DNA of 64,000 nt from a virus (IMGVR_UViG_3300037307_000307); one strand, 5' to 3'. Shown: positions 34,127 through 43,205, counted from the stretch's first letter. Notes: a model not told the origin generated them from the sequence alone. Numbers and translations: made by a program.

Positions 34127-34374
34127 AAACAATTTGGATTGTCGGAATAGCTATGATATTTTTTATATTTGGAATATTTGTAGGTTATGTTTACGGATAT
34201 CAAGCCGGGGCAAGAGATGTTGTTGAATATGCTTCAGAACTTGTAGATAAAATGAAGGTTGATACATTTAATATTGAAGTGAATGGACAAAAGATTGGAG
34301 ACATAATTGACAAACTTCAAAATATGACTGATAGAGTGAATGACCAATTAAATAATATTTCACCAGTAAAATGA
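34123..34374 (+). CDS. membrane-anchored small protein
   Basis: IWIVGIAMIFFIFGIFVGYVYG helix. Confidence 0.4.
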   Translation: MKTIWIVGIAMIFFIFGIFVGYVYGYQAGARDVVEYASELVDKMKVDTFNIEVNGQKIGDIIDKLQNMTDRVNDQLNNISPVK

Positions 34375-34541
34375 CAAGAGTTAGAAGTTGTGACCACTGC
34401 GGTGAACCAATTGCTCCAAAAGAGAAATATGTAAAATGTGTAGAAGTTGGAGACATAACTGATAAGTATAATCATTCTAGAAGAATGAATGGTGTCGGAG
34501 ACCTTTGTATGAAATGCGCAAAAGAGGTTTTGAAAATATGA
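34371..34541 (+). CDS. zinc-ribbon small protein (56 aa, not in track)
   Basis: MTRVRSCDHCGEPIAPKEKYVKCVEV...GDLCMKCAKEV; ATGA overlaps at both ends. Confidence 0.35.
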   Translation: MTRVRSCDHCGEPIAPKEKYVKCVEVGDITDKYNHSRRMNGVGDLCMKCAKEVLKI

Positions 34542-34723
34542 TTTCAACCGCCATCATAGGAGCTATAGTTGAATTGATTGGTGCGATAATTATGATTTAT
34601 AATTTAGCTCAAGTTTCTCTTGAGGGCTGGGGAGATGTTTGGCCTTGGTCTTTATTAGGAGCCATATTGATGATTGCCGGTCTTATACTTCTTTATGCCG
34701 CGTTCAGGCCGGTGGTGATGTAA
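34538..34723 (+). CDS. small membrane protein
   Basis: MISTAIIGAIVELIGAIIMIY and LLGAILMIAGLILLYAAF helices. Confidence 0.4.
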   Translation: MISTAIIGAIVELIGAIIMIYNLAQVSLEGWGDVWPWSLLGAILMIAGLILLYAAFRPVVM

Positions 34724-35238
34724 TGTTAGCTAGAATGATAACTGCTTTTGTTATGATAGCCACAGCAGTTGCAATATTTCCTGTTGTATCAAATACAATA
34801 CAGGAAGCTCAACAAAACATAACATCAACTCCTTCTCCTATTAGTGAACAAATGGTTCAGATGTTAAATTGGATGCCTTGGTTATTTGCAGGTGGAATTT
34901 TATTAATAGCGATTATGGTTATATTCAATGCACTTAGAAGTGGAGGACTGACTGATGATGATTATGTTCCTATGAAAGGTGATTATAATGATGAAGATGA
35001 TGAAGATGAAGAAAGCGATGAAAATGAAGATGAACCTGATAATACAACTACTCCTCCCAAAGAAGAGAAAAAGAAAATACATAGAACTGTTGTTACAACA
35101 ACAAAGAAAACAGGAGAAAGGAAAATGAATGTTACTGTTGGCCCAGGATATAACGTAGATAAGTATGCTCTAGATGCTCCTTCGGATACCAAACTTACAA
35201 TGAAAGAAAAAGAATTCACTAAAACGAGGTTTGATTAA
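34723..35238 (+). CDS. membrane protein with acidic DE-rich segment
   Basis: Start MLARMITAFVMIATAVAIF (TAATG coupling); WMPWLFAGGILLIAIMVIF; DEDDEDEESDENEDEPD. Confidence 0.4.
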   Translation: MLARMITAFVMIATAVAIFPVVSNTIQEAQQNITSTPSPISEQMVQMLNWMPWLFAGGILLIAIMVIFNALRSGGLTDDDYVPMKGDYNDEDDEDEESDENEDEPDNTTTPPKEEKKKIHRTVVTTTKKTGERKMNVTVGPGYNVDKYALDAPSDTKLTMKEKEFTKTRFD

Positions 35239-35282
35239 ATGTTAATAGATAGTTTAATAAAGCTAAAAGGAGGTATAAAATA

Positions 35283-35495
35283 ATGGATATATTTAGAGTT
35301 ATAAGTGTTATTCTTAGAATACCGTTGCATTTATTTCTTGTAGGTTCTTTCGGAGCAAGTATATATGCCGCTGCAAACAATATACAAGGAATAAGCTGGG
35401 GAACTCCAATTCTATTTGGTTTAATTCTTGCTGCTTGGTATATAGGCGTATGGATGAGCAGAAGTGAAGGTTCACCAGAAGTTTCATATGGTTAA
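35283..35495 (+). CDS. small membrane protein
   Basis: aaaggaggtataaaataATG SD; two hydrophobic helices. Confidence 0.4.
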   Translation: MDIFRVISVILRIPLHLFLVGSFGASIYAAANNIQGISWGTPILFGLILAAWYIGVWMSRSEGSPEVSYG

Positions 35496-35865
35496 TAGAG
35501 TAATTTTTAGAGGTAGAGATGTAGGTTATGTAGATGGAAATGTATATTATACTGAGAGACATCCTCAACATGTCATGCAAAAATTTAGAGCATTTGGTAT
35601 AAGTGTTGGAGTTTTAGATTTAGTTATAGGACAATTAGGAGTTGATACGGTGAAATTTTTATACAAGAATGGAGAATATAAAAAAATATTTGAATACGAT
35701 ATAAAAAGATTTTTACATAGTAATCAGATATTTATTGATAAAACAACTGATGGAAAGGAGGACCCACAGAAGTTTGTAACTATGGAAGAGCAAGATTGGG
35801 ATGAGATAAAAACAGGACTTCCAAAGTTATTCCCTAAAAAGAAGGATGAACTTGTCAGAGTTTAG
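35488..35865 (+). CDS. hypothetical protein (start at MVNRVIF)
   Basis: Track ORF 35464..35865 trimmed to ATG overlapping upstream stop. Confidence 0.35.
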   Translation: MVNRVIFRGRDVGYVDGNVYYTERHPQHVMQKFRAFGISVGVLDLVIGQLGVDTVKFLYKNGEYKKIFEYDIKRFLHSNQIFIDKTTDGKEDPQKFVTMEEQDWDEIKTGLPKLFPKKKDELVRV

Positions 35866-36016
35866 AAGTAAGTGCTGTAATGCAAGAGTAATACCTGACT
35901 ATACTGAGTTCAACGAAGATAATAAAGACTATACTCCTGAGAGATTAAAATGTGTAAGATGCGGGAAACCTGTTACTGAAGTTATAATTTCTCGACGTAA
36001 AACACGATTAAGATAA
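35846..36016 (+). CDS. zinc-ribbon small protein (56 aa, not in track)
   Basis: MNLSEFRSKCCNARVIPDYT...LKCVRCGKPVTEV. Confidence 0.3.
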   Translation: MNLSEFRSKCCNARVIPDYTEFNEDNKDYTPERLKCVRCGKPVTEVIISRRKTRLR

Positions 36017-36090
36017 ACAATATAATAAAACATATGAAAGTTTAAATACTGAATCCACTTTCATATAATAATCCAAAATGAGGATGGAAA

Positions 36091-36393
36091 ATGAAAATGA
36101 GCGCGGTTAAATCAGGTCAAACAGGAAAAACAGGAATGGAAGAAAAAATAGTGGAATGGGCTGAAAAATATAAAAAAGATTTGTTTAATTCTTATACCCA
36201 TGATGCTTGGAAATATTTTGATTATGAAGATTTGAAAATGCATCCAATGTGGAATGGCTACAAATGTTCTAAATGTAAATCAATGTGTGCTCTAAAAAAT
36301 AAAGAAGGACTATGTGTTAAATGTCTTGTTATTAAAGAGAAGATTGATGTTATCGAAAAAATGCTTAAACAAATGAAAGGAGGTAATAATTAG
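36091..36393 (+). CDS. zinc-binding protein
   Basis: CSKCKSMCALKNKEGLCVKC. Confidence 0.4.
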   Translation: MKMSAVKSGQTGKTGMEEKIVEWAEKYKKDLFNSYTHDAWKYFDYEDLKMHPMWNGYKCSKCKSMCALKNKEGLCVKCLVIKEKIDVIEKMLKQMKGGNN

Positions 36394-36395
36394 AA

Positions 36396-36857
36396 ATGGA
36401 AACACTTACTGGAATGCCAGAACCAAATATTGATATTTCATCATTGAAGCCTGTAAAGAGTGGAGAGCCTATAGATTTAAAGAGATTTCATAACACTCAA
36501 GTAGAAATAAGTGAAATGAAAGTACTTCAAGTTAATTCTAGCTTTACTCAAAAAGGACCTGATGGTCAAAATCTAAAGCAATGGGTATTGAAAGTTTCTT
36601 CGCCAGTTCTTCTTACTGTAGGAGAGGGCGATACAAAGATAGAGATTAGAGCTAGCGAGTTATTTAATCTTTCACAAGACAAAGAAGGAAAGCTCACCGG
36701 ATATCCTCAAAATAAAGATTCAAATCTTGTTAAATTTATGAAGGATGTTGGAGCTACAACATTGGAAGATTTAAAAGGAAAAAAGGCCACAGTTAAACAC
36801 TATGAGAAAGATATTGGTGAAGGCCAAACTAGAGGATATTTGAAATTCAAATATTGA
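36396..36857 (+). CDS. hypothetical beta-rich protein
   Basis: 153-aa ORF, SD gaaaggaggtaataattagaaATG. Confidence 0.4.
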   Translation: METLTGMPEPNIDISSLKPVKSGEPIDLKRFHNTQVEISEMKVLQVNSSFTQKGPDGQNLKQWVLKVSSPVLLTVGEGDTKIEIRASELFNLSQDKEGKLTGYPQNKDSNLVKFMKDVGATTLEDLKGKKATVKHYEKDIGEGQTRGYLKFKY

Positions 36858-36911
36858 TAAACAAAATTTATTATTTTTTTTTTTATTTATTATTTTAACA
36901 TATAACATATT

Positions 36912-37265
36912 ATGAAATTAGAAAAAATTAGCATAGCAAATGTAATAACTTCGATTATATTAATCATAGTCGGAGTTCTATTATTGAACGCGGGATGTAA
37001 ATATACAAATCATATTTTAAATGAATTAGATAAGAATTGTAAGACTTGTTCTATATTTGATAAGGACTGTCCATATACAGATGAAGAATTGTTGGAGCAA
37101 GAATATGGAGATAATCCTTATTGTAGAGATATGGGAGTATATGAAATGAGATTCAAAGTATTCGGAGGAGGAATGTTAGGAGTTGGAATGATGTTTATGA
37201 TAATGGGCATGATTATGTTCTATAAAGAATTTAATAAACCCACGAAGAGAGGTCCAGCAGTATAG
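36912..37265 (+). CDS. membrane protein
   Basis: VITSIILIIVGVLLLNAG and GGGMLGVGMMFMIMGMIMFY helices. Confidence 0.45.
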   Translation: MKLEKISIANVITSIILIIVGVLLLNAGCKYTNHILNELDKNCKTCSIFDKDCPYTDEELLEQEYGDNPYCRDMGVYEMRFKVFGGGMLGVGMMFMIMGMIMFYKEFNKPTKRGPAV

Positions 37266-37741
37266 ACCACCAAACGTCCCTTCCTGGGAAAAAAGAGGTG
37301 ATACTATATTATAGTAATACTATTATTTATATCTTTCGTTTAAAGGAAATATATTCAAAATAATGTCATATTTATTTGTCGTCGACAAATTATTCTAATA
37401 AGGTCATAGTAAATCATTACTCGACGTTAAATCGTTGATTATAGGGCATTTGTGAGGGCCGAAAAATCTAAATAGCCTTATTTCTTAGCAAAAACACTCA
37501 TATTTTATAAAAAGTGTGCTTACCCCTATGACCACTTTGCGGACCCGAGCTTGATTCGTTAATGAATCTTTTTCATCGGCGTACTGTGATTGTAAGCACA
37601 CTTTTTAAACATCATTTATCCTTATAAAGATGGTTAGCATTTTTTCCTGACTGGCACAAAATAATAATATTTATTAACCTAGACTTTGTTCATAACTAAT
37701 GCGTCGCCGACGCACACACATAAATATTGAGATATAAAGAG
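37266..37741. promoter_or_regulatory. 460-bp non-coding palindrome-rich region (candidate replication origin / control region)
   Basis: TTTGTCG-T-CGACAAA (37375-37389); 15-bp IR AAAAAGTGTGCTTAC (37509-37523) / GTAAGCACACTTTTT (37593-37607); GCGTCGcCGACGC (37701-37713); TCATATTTATTTG box at 37366. Confidence 0.4.
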
Positions 37742-38257
37742 ATGACTAATTTAATATTCGACACAGAGACTACAGGACTTATGGATAATCTTATTGAAAG
37801 AATAATATGTATCTGTGTTCATAATACTGAAACGAAAGAAAACAAATGTTTTATAGGTGAAGATGAATCTCAAGTGTTAAAAGATTTCTTTGACTATATA
37901 TCAAAAATACAATCTCCAAATTTAATAGGATATAATATCGACTCCTTTGACCTCCCTTTCGTGGTTAGGAGAGCCGTTGTCCACAAGAAAAGAATTCCGT
38001 GGTTTACTTCCACTGACCTTAGAAAAGTGGCCAATGGTTTCAAATATTCATGGAATAGACAAGAAAAAGGAAGATTGAGAGATTGGGCAAATATACTTGG
38101 AATGCAAGTAGATACTTCTCCCGGTTCTGAAATGTTCAAATTATATTCTGAGAAAAAGTTTGCTGAAATAGAAAGGCATTGTATAGAAGATATCGAGATA
38201 ACTAAAAAATTATACGAGCATGTAGAAGCAACCGGATTATTGAACGGTGGCAGATAG
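37742..38257 (+). CDS. DnaQ-like DEDDh 3'-5' exonuclease
   Basis: ExoI LIFDTETTGL, ExoII IGYNIDSFDLPFV, ExoIII HCIEDIEITKKLY; track start 37727 is TTG, ATG at 37742 preferred. Confidence 0.65.
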   Translation: MTNLIFDTETTGLMDNLIERIICICVHNTETKENKCFIGEDESQVLKDFFDYISKIQSPNLIGYNIDSFDLPFVVRRAVVHKKRIPWFTSTDLRKVANGFKYSWNRQEKGRLRDWANILGMQVDTSPGSEMFKLYSEKKFAEIERHCIEDIEITKKLYEHVEATGLLNGGR

Positions 38258-38323
38258 ACCACCATATTTAAAAATACGAAGTCTCTAATAGATTTGAGTG
38301 AGGTAATTTATAATTAGCTAAAT

Positions 38324-38536
38324 ATGAAATTTGAAAAGATAATAGGAAAAAAAATAATTCTGTATACTAAAAAGAATTTTAGATTTCAAGGAGAGGTAAA
38401 AGATTTTGATGGACAGTTCATAGAGATTTTTGATGAATTAAAAAATAAACCAAAGATGATAAACATAAATGAAATAACTGAATATGAAATAGATGAACCG
38501 AATGATAATAGGTATAACAGCTTATATAAACAATGA
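38324..38536 (+). CDS. hypothetical protein
   Basis: 70-aa ORF. Confidence 0.35.
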   Translation: MKFEKIIGKKIILYTKKNFRFQGEVKDFDGQFIEIFDELKNKPKMININEITEYEIDEPNDNRYNSLYKQ

Positions 38537-38554
38537 AAATGAAGGAAATGAAAG

Positions 38555-38854
38555 ATGGCAAGATATTATAGGTTTAATAAAATAGACCCAAGAAAAAAAC
38601 ATCTCTACATTAGATGTTGCAGAAGATGCGGGCTATATTATAAAACAGAAACAAAAAATTCGAAAGTATGCTGGGAATGTAACCAGGGATACGGGATGGA
38701 CTATTGGAGAAAAAAATATCGAAATCAACAATTGGGAAAAAAGGTAGGGCTGCCGGAAAAAGATTTGAAGCGCAAGTCCGTAAAGACCTCGAAAAAGATA
38801 ATTGGATTGTTGTCAAATGGACGAACCAAATCGACTTCACAACGAATAAAATAA
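38555..38854 (+). CDS. zinc-ribbon protein; only the first ~54 codons likely genuine, probably fused by -1 frameshift to the Hjc ORF
   Basis: CCRRCG...CWECNQGYG; K-rich low-complexity tail overlaps 38704..39111 by 150 nt; A AAA AAA slippery heptamer at 38710-38716. Confidence 0.35.
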   Translation: MARYYRFNKIDPRKKHLYIRCCRRCGLYYKTETKNSKVCWECNQGYGMDYWRKKYRNQQLGKKVGLPEKDLKRKSVKTSKKIIGLLSNGRTKSTSQRIK

Positions 38855-39111
38855 TTCCAGCTAAAAATAAATTTAACCCATTTCTAGGAAGAGTTATGTC
38901 GGAAGGTTCCGGCTTTCCAGATTTCTTAGCTTACAAACTTCTTAACATTGGAACATATGAAATAATTGGAGTGGAAAGTAAACTTGGTAAATATCTAGAT
39001 ACTGAGGAAAAAAAGAAAGCACAATGGCTTGTTGACCATAAAATATTCAAGAAAATACTCGTAGCATATAAACCCCAAAGAGGTGAAATCAAATATGAAG
39101 CAGTCTGCTAA
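38704..39111 (+). CDS. hjc: Holliday-junction resolvase, Hjc/RecU-like PD-(D/E)xK nuclease
   Basis: GKRFEAQVRKDLEKDNWIVVKW (G..ERel...L...Gf.v.R) then GFPDFLAY ... IIGVESKLGKYLDTEEKKKAQWL (PD ... E.K ... Q.L); track start is TTG. Confidence 0.55.
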   Translation: MEKKISKSTIGKKGRAAGKRFEAQVRKDLEKDNWIVVKWTNQIDFTTNKIIPAKNKFNPFLGRVMSEGSGFPDFLAYKLLNIGTYEIIGVESKLGKYLDTEEKKKAQWLVDHKIFKKILVAYKPQRGEIKYEAVC

Positions 39112-39409
39112 AAATATCATAGTAAGGAATTGGATTCGAGAACAAGGATGTGATGGATTTGCCGCTTTTGATTTTAAAAATAAAGAAGTTATATTATATG
39201 ACGGAAGTTTCTTCTCTATAAAAAAGAAAATAAAAATTCATAGAAAAAGAAGAAAGGCTGAGTTTGGAAAGGATATCAAGGTTAACAAATTAGCTTGTAC
39301 ATTTTTATTTGATTCTATCGACGAGACAATAGATTATTTGAAAAAGACTAAATCTTTTTTAAACAAGTTAGGTTATAAAACTTCAGGTATTAAAACAAAA
39401 GGTTTATAA
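39083..39409 (+). CDS. hypothetical basic protein
   Basis: 108-aa ORF. Confidence 0.35.
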   Translation: MKSNMKQSAKNIIVRNWIREQGCDGFAAFDFKNKEVILYDGSFFSIKKKIKIHRKRRKAEFGKDIKVNKLACTFLFDSIDETIDYLKKTKSFLNKLGYKTSGIKTKGL

Positions 39410-39448
39410 TATGGATATACTTGAAATTAATAAGGTAGATAATTAGAT

Positions 39449-39754
39449 ATGGTAACACTTTGTAATCCGATGAGTTGCGCAGGTTTTGGAACAGACTTTC
39501 TTGGAGGATGTTCAATGTTCTGGATTGCTATGGTTATTCTTTTTTTCGTAATAGTTCTTTCTAGAAGATGGGTTGCAGAAGCTATAGGCATGCCATGGTC
39601 AAATATAGGAGCCTTTGGTTTAGGATTCTTAGCTATGATTGTCGTTGGAGTATTAACATGCTCCCATAAATTTGCTCTAGGAGCCGGAATAATCGGAGCT
39701 TATGTTGGAGCTTATTTCGGAGGCTTCATTGATGGAAGCGGGAGCGGATACTAA
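39449..39754 (+). CDS. membrane protein with Gly-rich C-terminus
   Basis: FWIAMVILFFVIVL and LGFLAMIVVGVL helices; GAGIIGAYVGAYFGGFIDGSGSGY. Confidence 0.45.
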   Translation: MVTLCNPMSCAGFGTDFLGGCSMFWIAMVILFFVIVLSRRWVAEAIGMPWSNIGAFGLGFLAMIVVGVLTCSHKFALGAGIIGAYVGAYFGGFIDGSGSGY

Positions 39755-39903
39755 TGTTGGAATATGTTTGTCTTGAAATAAGACCCGAAGGTGAGGATAC
39801 AGAAAATATGTTAAATATATATGCCAGAAAAGGATGGAGATTGGTTTGTTCTTATGCTTCTGATAATAGATGGTTAATAATGGAAAGAGAGGTAAAGAAA
39901 TAA
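39754..39903 (+). CDS. small protein (49 aa, not in track)
   Basis: TAATG coupling at both ends; MLEYVCLEIRPEGEDTENMLNIYARKGWRLVCSYASDNRWLIMEREVKK. Confidence 0.3.
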   Translation: MLEYVCLEIRPEGEDTENMLNIYARKGWRLVCSYASDNRWLIMEREVKK

Positions 39904-40403
39904 TGGCTTTCTTTGATAGATTTAAAAAATGGTATCTGGTAAAGGTTAGATGTTATAATTGTGGACATACACAAGATTGTAAAGTTCCGAAAGGAATGAC
40001 TATTGATTCTCATTTGAAAACAGAAGCAGCACAATGTGAGAACTGTGGAAATCCAACTTTAAGAAGAATTGAAATGGTCAGAGTTCCTCCAGCAGTTCGT
40101 GGCCCATTGAAAGAACCTCAATTACCAGAATTGCCTCCATTGAGAAGGCCTGTTAGACCTATGCCTCGTCAGCAACCATCCGTAGTACCTAGAAGACCTA
40201 TGCTTTCACAAAGGCCAAGACCGAGACCAAGACCAAGACCGCCTGTCAGACAAGATTATGATGATATGTCAAATGAAGTGGAATATCCTGTTGATAGACC
40301 GGTAGCAACGCAAGAAGAAGAGGGAAGACCAGGGTTTGAAAGACCTGAATGGACTCCCAAACCAAAAAAAATTAACTTTTGGACTGGGAGGGAAGACTTC
40401 TAA
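39903..40403 (+). CDS. zinc-ribbon protein with Pro/Arg-rich tail (start at MAFFDRF)
   Basis: CYNCGHTQDCK ... CENCGNP; RPRPRPRPRPP. Confidence 0.45.
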   Translation: MAFFDRFKKWYLVKVRCYNCGHTQDCKVPKGMTIDSHLKTEAAQCENCGNPTLRRIEMVRVPPAVRGPLKEPQLPELPPLRRPVRPMPRQQPSVVPRRPMLSQRPRPRPRPRPPVRQDYDDMSNEVEYPVDRPVATQEEEGRPGFERPEWTPKPKKINFWTGREDF

Positions 40404-40405
40404 TA

Positions 40406-41026
40406 ATGAAAATATATATTATAATAGCTGCTCTATTTTATTTAATAATGGGTTACACAGCTAATTTCTTTTTATTCAAATTTACTACATTACCATTTAT
40501 TGGATTTATGTTATTAGGATTGATAGTTATAGGTATAGCAACAACTATAATCGGCAAGACCAATCGAAAGAGAAAGGGTATTCAAGGCGAACCTGATGCT
40601 TTTATATTCCCGGACAAGGCCGCTAAAAAAATGAAGAAGATAGATTTGGGAACACAATATGAAGCTTCTGTTCTTTCTACAACTTTACTTATGATAGGAA
40701 TAGTTGTATTTTTAATATATTTTGTATTCTTTACTTCAAGTTCATGGATGATGAAAGGACTTGTTATATTCAATAGTATTTGTGGTTTAGGTCTTATGGG
40801 AGGTATGCTTGTGACATATTATCAACAACTTATATCTTACAGAGAATCAACCAAATTCTTAAATACTTTCGCTACTAAACAAAATCAATCAAATAGGCTT
40901 TTATCGAAACAAGAGCCTGTACAACCAGAGGAATTATATGACGAATACGATGATGAATACGGAGAAGAAGAATATTATGACGAACCATCTTATGATTATA
41001 GAAATGAAAGGAGGACTACTAGATAA
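40406..41026 (+). CDS. membrane protein with acidic Tyr-rich tail (start at MKIYIII)
   Basis: Four hydrophobic helices; EELYDEYDDEYGEEEYYDEPSYDY. Confidence 0.45.
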   Translation: MKIYIIIAALFYLIMGYTANFFLFKFTTLPFIGFMLLGLIVIGIATTIIGKTNRKRKGIQGEPDAFIFPDKAAKKMKKIDLGTQYEASVLSTTLLMIGIVVFLIYFVFFTSSSWMMKGLVIFNSICGLGLMGGMLVTYYQQLISYRESTKFLNTFATKQNQSNRLLSKQEPVQPEELYDEYDDEYGEEEYYDEPSYDYRNERRTTR

Positions 41027-41451
41027 TGGCTGAAGAAAACTACGAAGAGTTCGATAGTAATGTCAACTTTGAAGATGATATGGGCCAAGCTCCAGCTGAA
41101 GAAGAGATGGCAGATGAAATGCCACAACCTCAACAACCAGTACAAAGAGCTAGACCAAGACCACCTCAAAGAAGAAGACAACCTCAACCTGTTACACCTC
41201 AAATGGCAGTAGCTCAGGCAGCACCAATGCCACAGCAAATGCCAGCACAGCAGCAAGCTATACAACAAGCAAATCCTACAGCAGCACCTCAAGCAAGGTA
41301 TATACCTTATGAGATGCCTAAGAGAATAGGATTACTTGATAGAGCTTCTGGGAAACCTGTAATTGAAGATGAAGACATGTTAAGAGTTGTAATGGCTCAA
41401 TTGGCAGATATTAAGAACGACTTAGAAGAAATCAAGTCTTATTACAGTTAA
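41026..41451 (+). CDS. acidic / Pro-Gln-rich protein
   Basis: PQPQQPVQRARPRPPQRRRQPQPVTPQMAVAQAAPMPQQMPAQQQAIQQA. Confidence 0.45.
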   Translation: MAEENYEEFDSNVNFEDDMGQAPAEEEMADEMPQPQQPVQRARPRPPQRRRQPQPVTPQMAVAQAAPMPQQMPAQQQAIQQANPTAAPQARYIPYEMPKRIGLLDRASGKPVIEDEDMLRVVMAQLADIKNDLEEIKSYYS

Positions 41452-41452
41452 T

Positions 41453-41656
41453 ATGGCGAACACAACAGAAGAGCTTAAACCTAAGAAGGATAAACGAATG
41501 TTTACACTTTTTTTTGTAATTGTCTTTTCATTGTTGATAGCTATGACACGTGCTATAGATAACACGCTTATAGCGCTTTTCTTTCAGGTTGTATTAATCT
41601 TCTCTCAAATTGTCATTGTTAAGAATCTAATCGACTCTTATATGGGCGAAGATTAA
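41453..41656 (+). CDS. small membrane protein
   Basis: FTLFFVIVFSLLIAM and IALFFQVVLIFSQIVIV. Confidence 0.4.
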   Translation: MANTTEELKPKKDKRMFTLFFVIVFSLLIAMTRAIDNTLIALFFQVVLIFSQIVIVKNLIDSYMGED

Positions 41657-41703
41657 ATTTTATTTTTTTATTTTTTTATTTAATTAAATTTCATAAATCA
41701 AAT

Positions 41704-42075
41704 ATGGAAAAGAGAATAATAAGAAAGATTGTCATGTCTATCAATAGAGAGATTTTGACATTCCTAATAATTGAAAAGAGAATCTATTATACAGATAGAA
41801 AATTCGGAGCTTTAATTAGAGTTCTACCTAAACCGAAGAATCTTCTTTTAACAATACAAAGAAGCCGAAATCGTATTCCTATGTTTATAGCACAATTATT
41901 TAATCTGTCTGCATCTGAAATGGATGAATACAATAATGCACAGACAGTTGATGAACTAGCAGAGATAATAATAAGAGATGGTAAGAAGAATGGTTGCATA
42001 CTTGTAGCAAACGGCGATATGGAAGCGGACTCTGAAATTATAAATAAAATAGAAGGCCAGGAGGTAGTAGTCTAA
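41704..42075 (+). CDS. hypothetical protein
   Basis: 123-aa ORF. Confidence 0.4.
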   Translation: MEKRIIRKIVMSINREILTFLIIEKRIYYTDRKFGALIRVLPKPKNLLLTIQRSRNRIPMFIAQLFNLSASEMDEYNNAQTVDELAEIIIRDGKKNGCILVANGDMEADSEIINKIEGQEVVV

Positions 42076-42263
42076 TGTCCGATACATTAAATACAATTGT
42101 TCCTATCGTTCTAGTAATAATAGGAGTGATATGGATATGGGCAACATTCAGCGAACCTATAAAAAGATTTTATGAATGGATAAAGGGCTTCGCTGGTTCA
42201 AACAGAGATAGATTCCAACCAGCAAATCCAGCTAATGTCGTAAAGGAGTTTACATATAGTTAA
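42075..42263 (+). CDS. small membrane protein
   Basis: IVPIVLVIIGVIWIWATF helix. Confidence 0.4.
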   Translation: MSDTLNTIVPIVLVIIGVIWIWATFSEPIKRFYEWIKGFAGSNRDRFQPANPANVVKEFTYS

Positions 42264-42264
42264 C

Positions 42265-42621
42265 ATGGAAGAAACACAACAATCACCACAACAACCAATA
42301 GAACAGAAAGTTCCAGAAGTTAAGACTAGACAATGTCCTCATTGTGGACAACAAATGCCAATCAAAGATATATGGAAACAATTATGGAGATGGCCAACTC
42401 TTAATGAATGGCTTATTCTATTTATGATGGCAATGATGATATTTGCAGCCTGGGCTTACAAACATGATATTCAAGTCTGTAGAGATTTTATAGAAAATGG
42501 AACAGGAATGTTCGTTGGTAATTTATCTGCTGGTAACGGGAATACTCAAACATATACTTTTCCAAATATAACTTTAATACTTAATGATACGGTATCTAAC
42601 GTATCTAATATAACTAGATGA
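42265..42621 (+). CDS. membrane protein with zinc-ribbon-like CPHCGQQ
   Basis: LILFMMAMMIFAAWAY helix; sequons in C-terminal part. Confidence 0.4.
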   Translation: MEETQQSPQQPIEQKVPEVKTRQCPHCGQQMPIKDIWKQLWRWPTLNEWLILFMMAMMIFAAWAYKHDIQVCRDFIENGTGMFVGNLSAGNGNTQTYTFPNITLILNDTVSNVSNITR

Positions 42622-42622
42622 C

Positions 42623-43201
42623 ATGGCAAAATATGTATTCAATGAAAATACAAAGTTCAATTGGAAAAATATGCCACTTTTGTATATATACATCTTTCAA
42701 TTCATAGCAGAAAAAGCAGGTAAGTTTGACCAGGAGATAAGTTCTAAATTAATTCTAGAGATATGGCATAGACATATATATCATGTTCCAAGATTATATG
42801 ACTCATTCTTCTTAGAAGAAATGCAACATTTTGGTTTAATAAAAAAACAACAGTCTCAAAGATATCTTTTTTATGGCTCTTTAATATTCAAAGCCGAAGA
42901 TAAATTATCTTTAGGAGTAACTAAATTAAATAAGATAATAGACGCTCCACTTCTTTATGTTTACATATTTTCTCGTATGTTAGAAATATTTGGTAGAAAG
43001 ACGCAGAGAACTACAGGCAAAGATTTGATAAATGTCTGGAGATATTATATCCCAAACGTTCCTAGAATATATGATTATGATATTCTAACTGAGATGTGCA
43101 ATTACGGTTTGATAAGAAGAGTCGATAGTCAGAAATATGTATTCTATGGCGGTAAAGGTATTGTCAAACTAAGAAAGATGAACAATTTAAGATTGTGGTA
43201 A
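42623..43201 (+). CDS. hypothetical protein composed of two tandem homologous ~85-aa domains
   Basis: LLYIYIFQFIAEKAGK...IWHRHIYHVPRLYD...EMQHFGLIKKQQSQRYLFYG parallels LLYVYIFSRMLEIFGR...VWRYYIPNVPRIYD...EMCNYGLIRRVDSQKYVFYG. Confidence 0.45.
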   Translation: MAKYVFNENTKFNWKNMPLLYIYIFQFIAEKAGKFDQEISSKLILEIWHRHIYHVPRLYDSFFLEEMQHFGLIKKQQSQRYLFYGSLIFKAEDKLSLGVTKLNKIIDAPLLYVYIFSRMLEIFGRKTQRTTGKDLINVWRYYIPNVPRIYDYDILTEMCNYGLIRRVDSQKYVFYGGKGIVKLRKMNNLRLW

Positions 43202-43205
43202 TACT

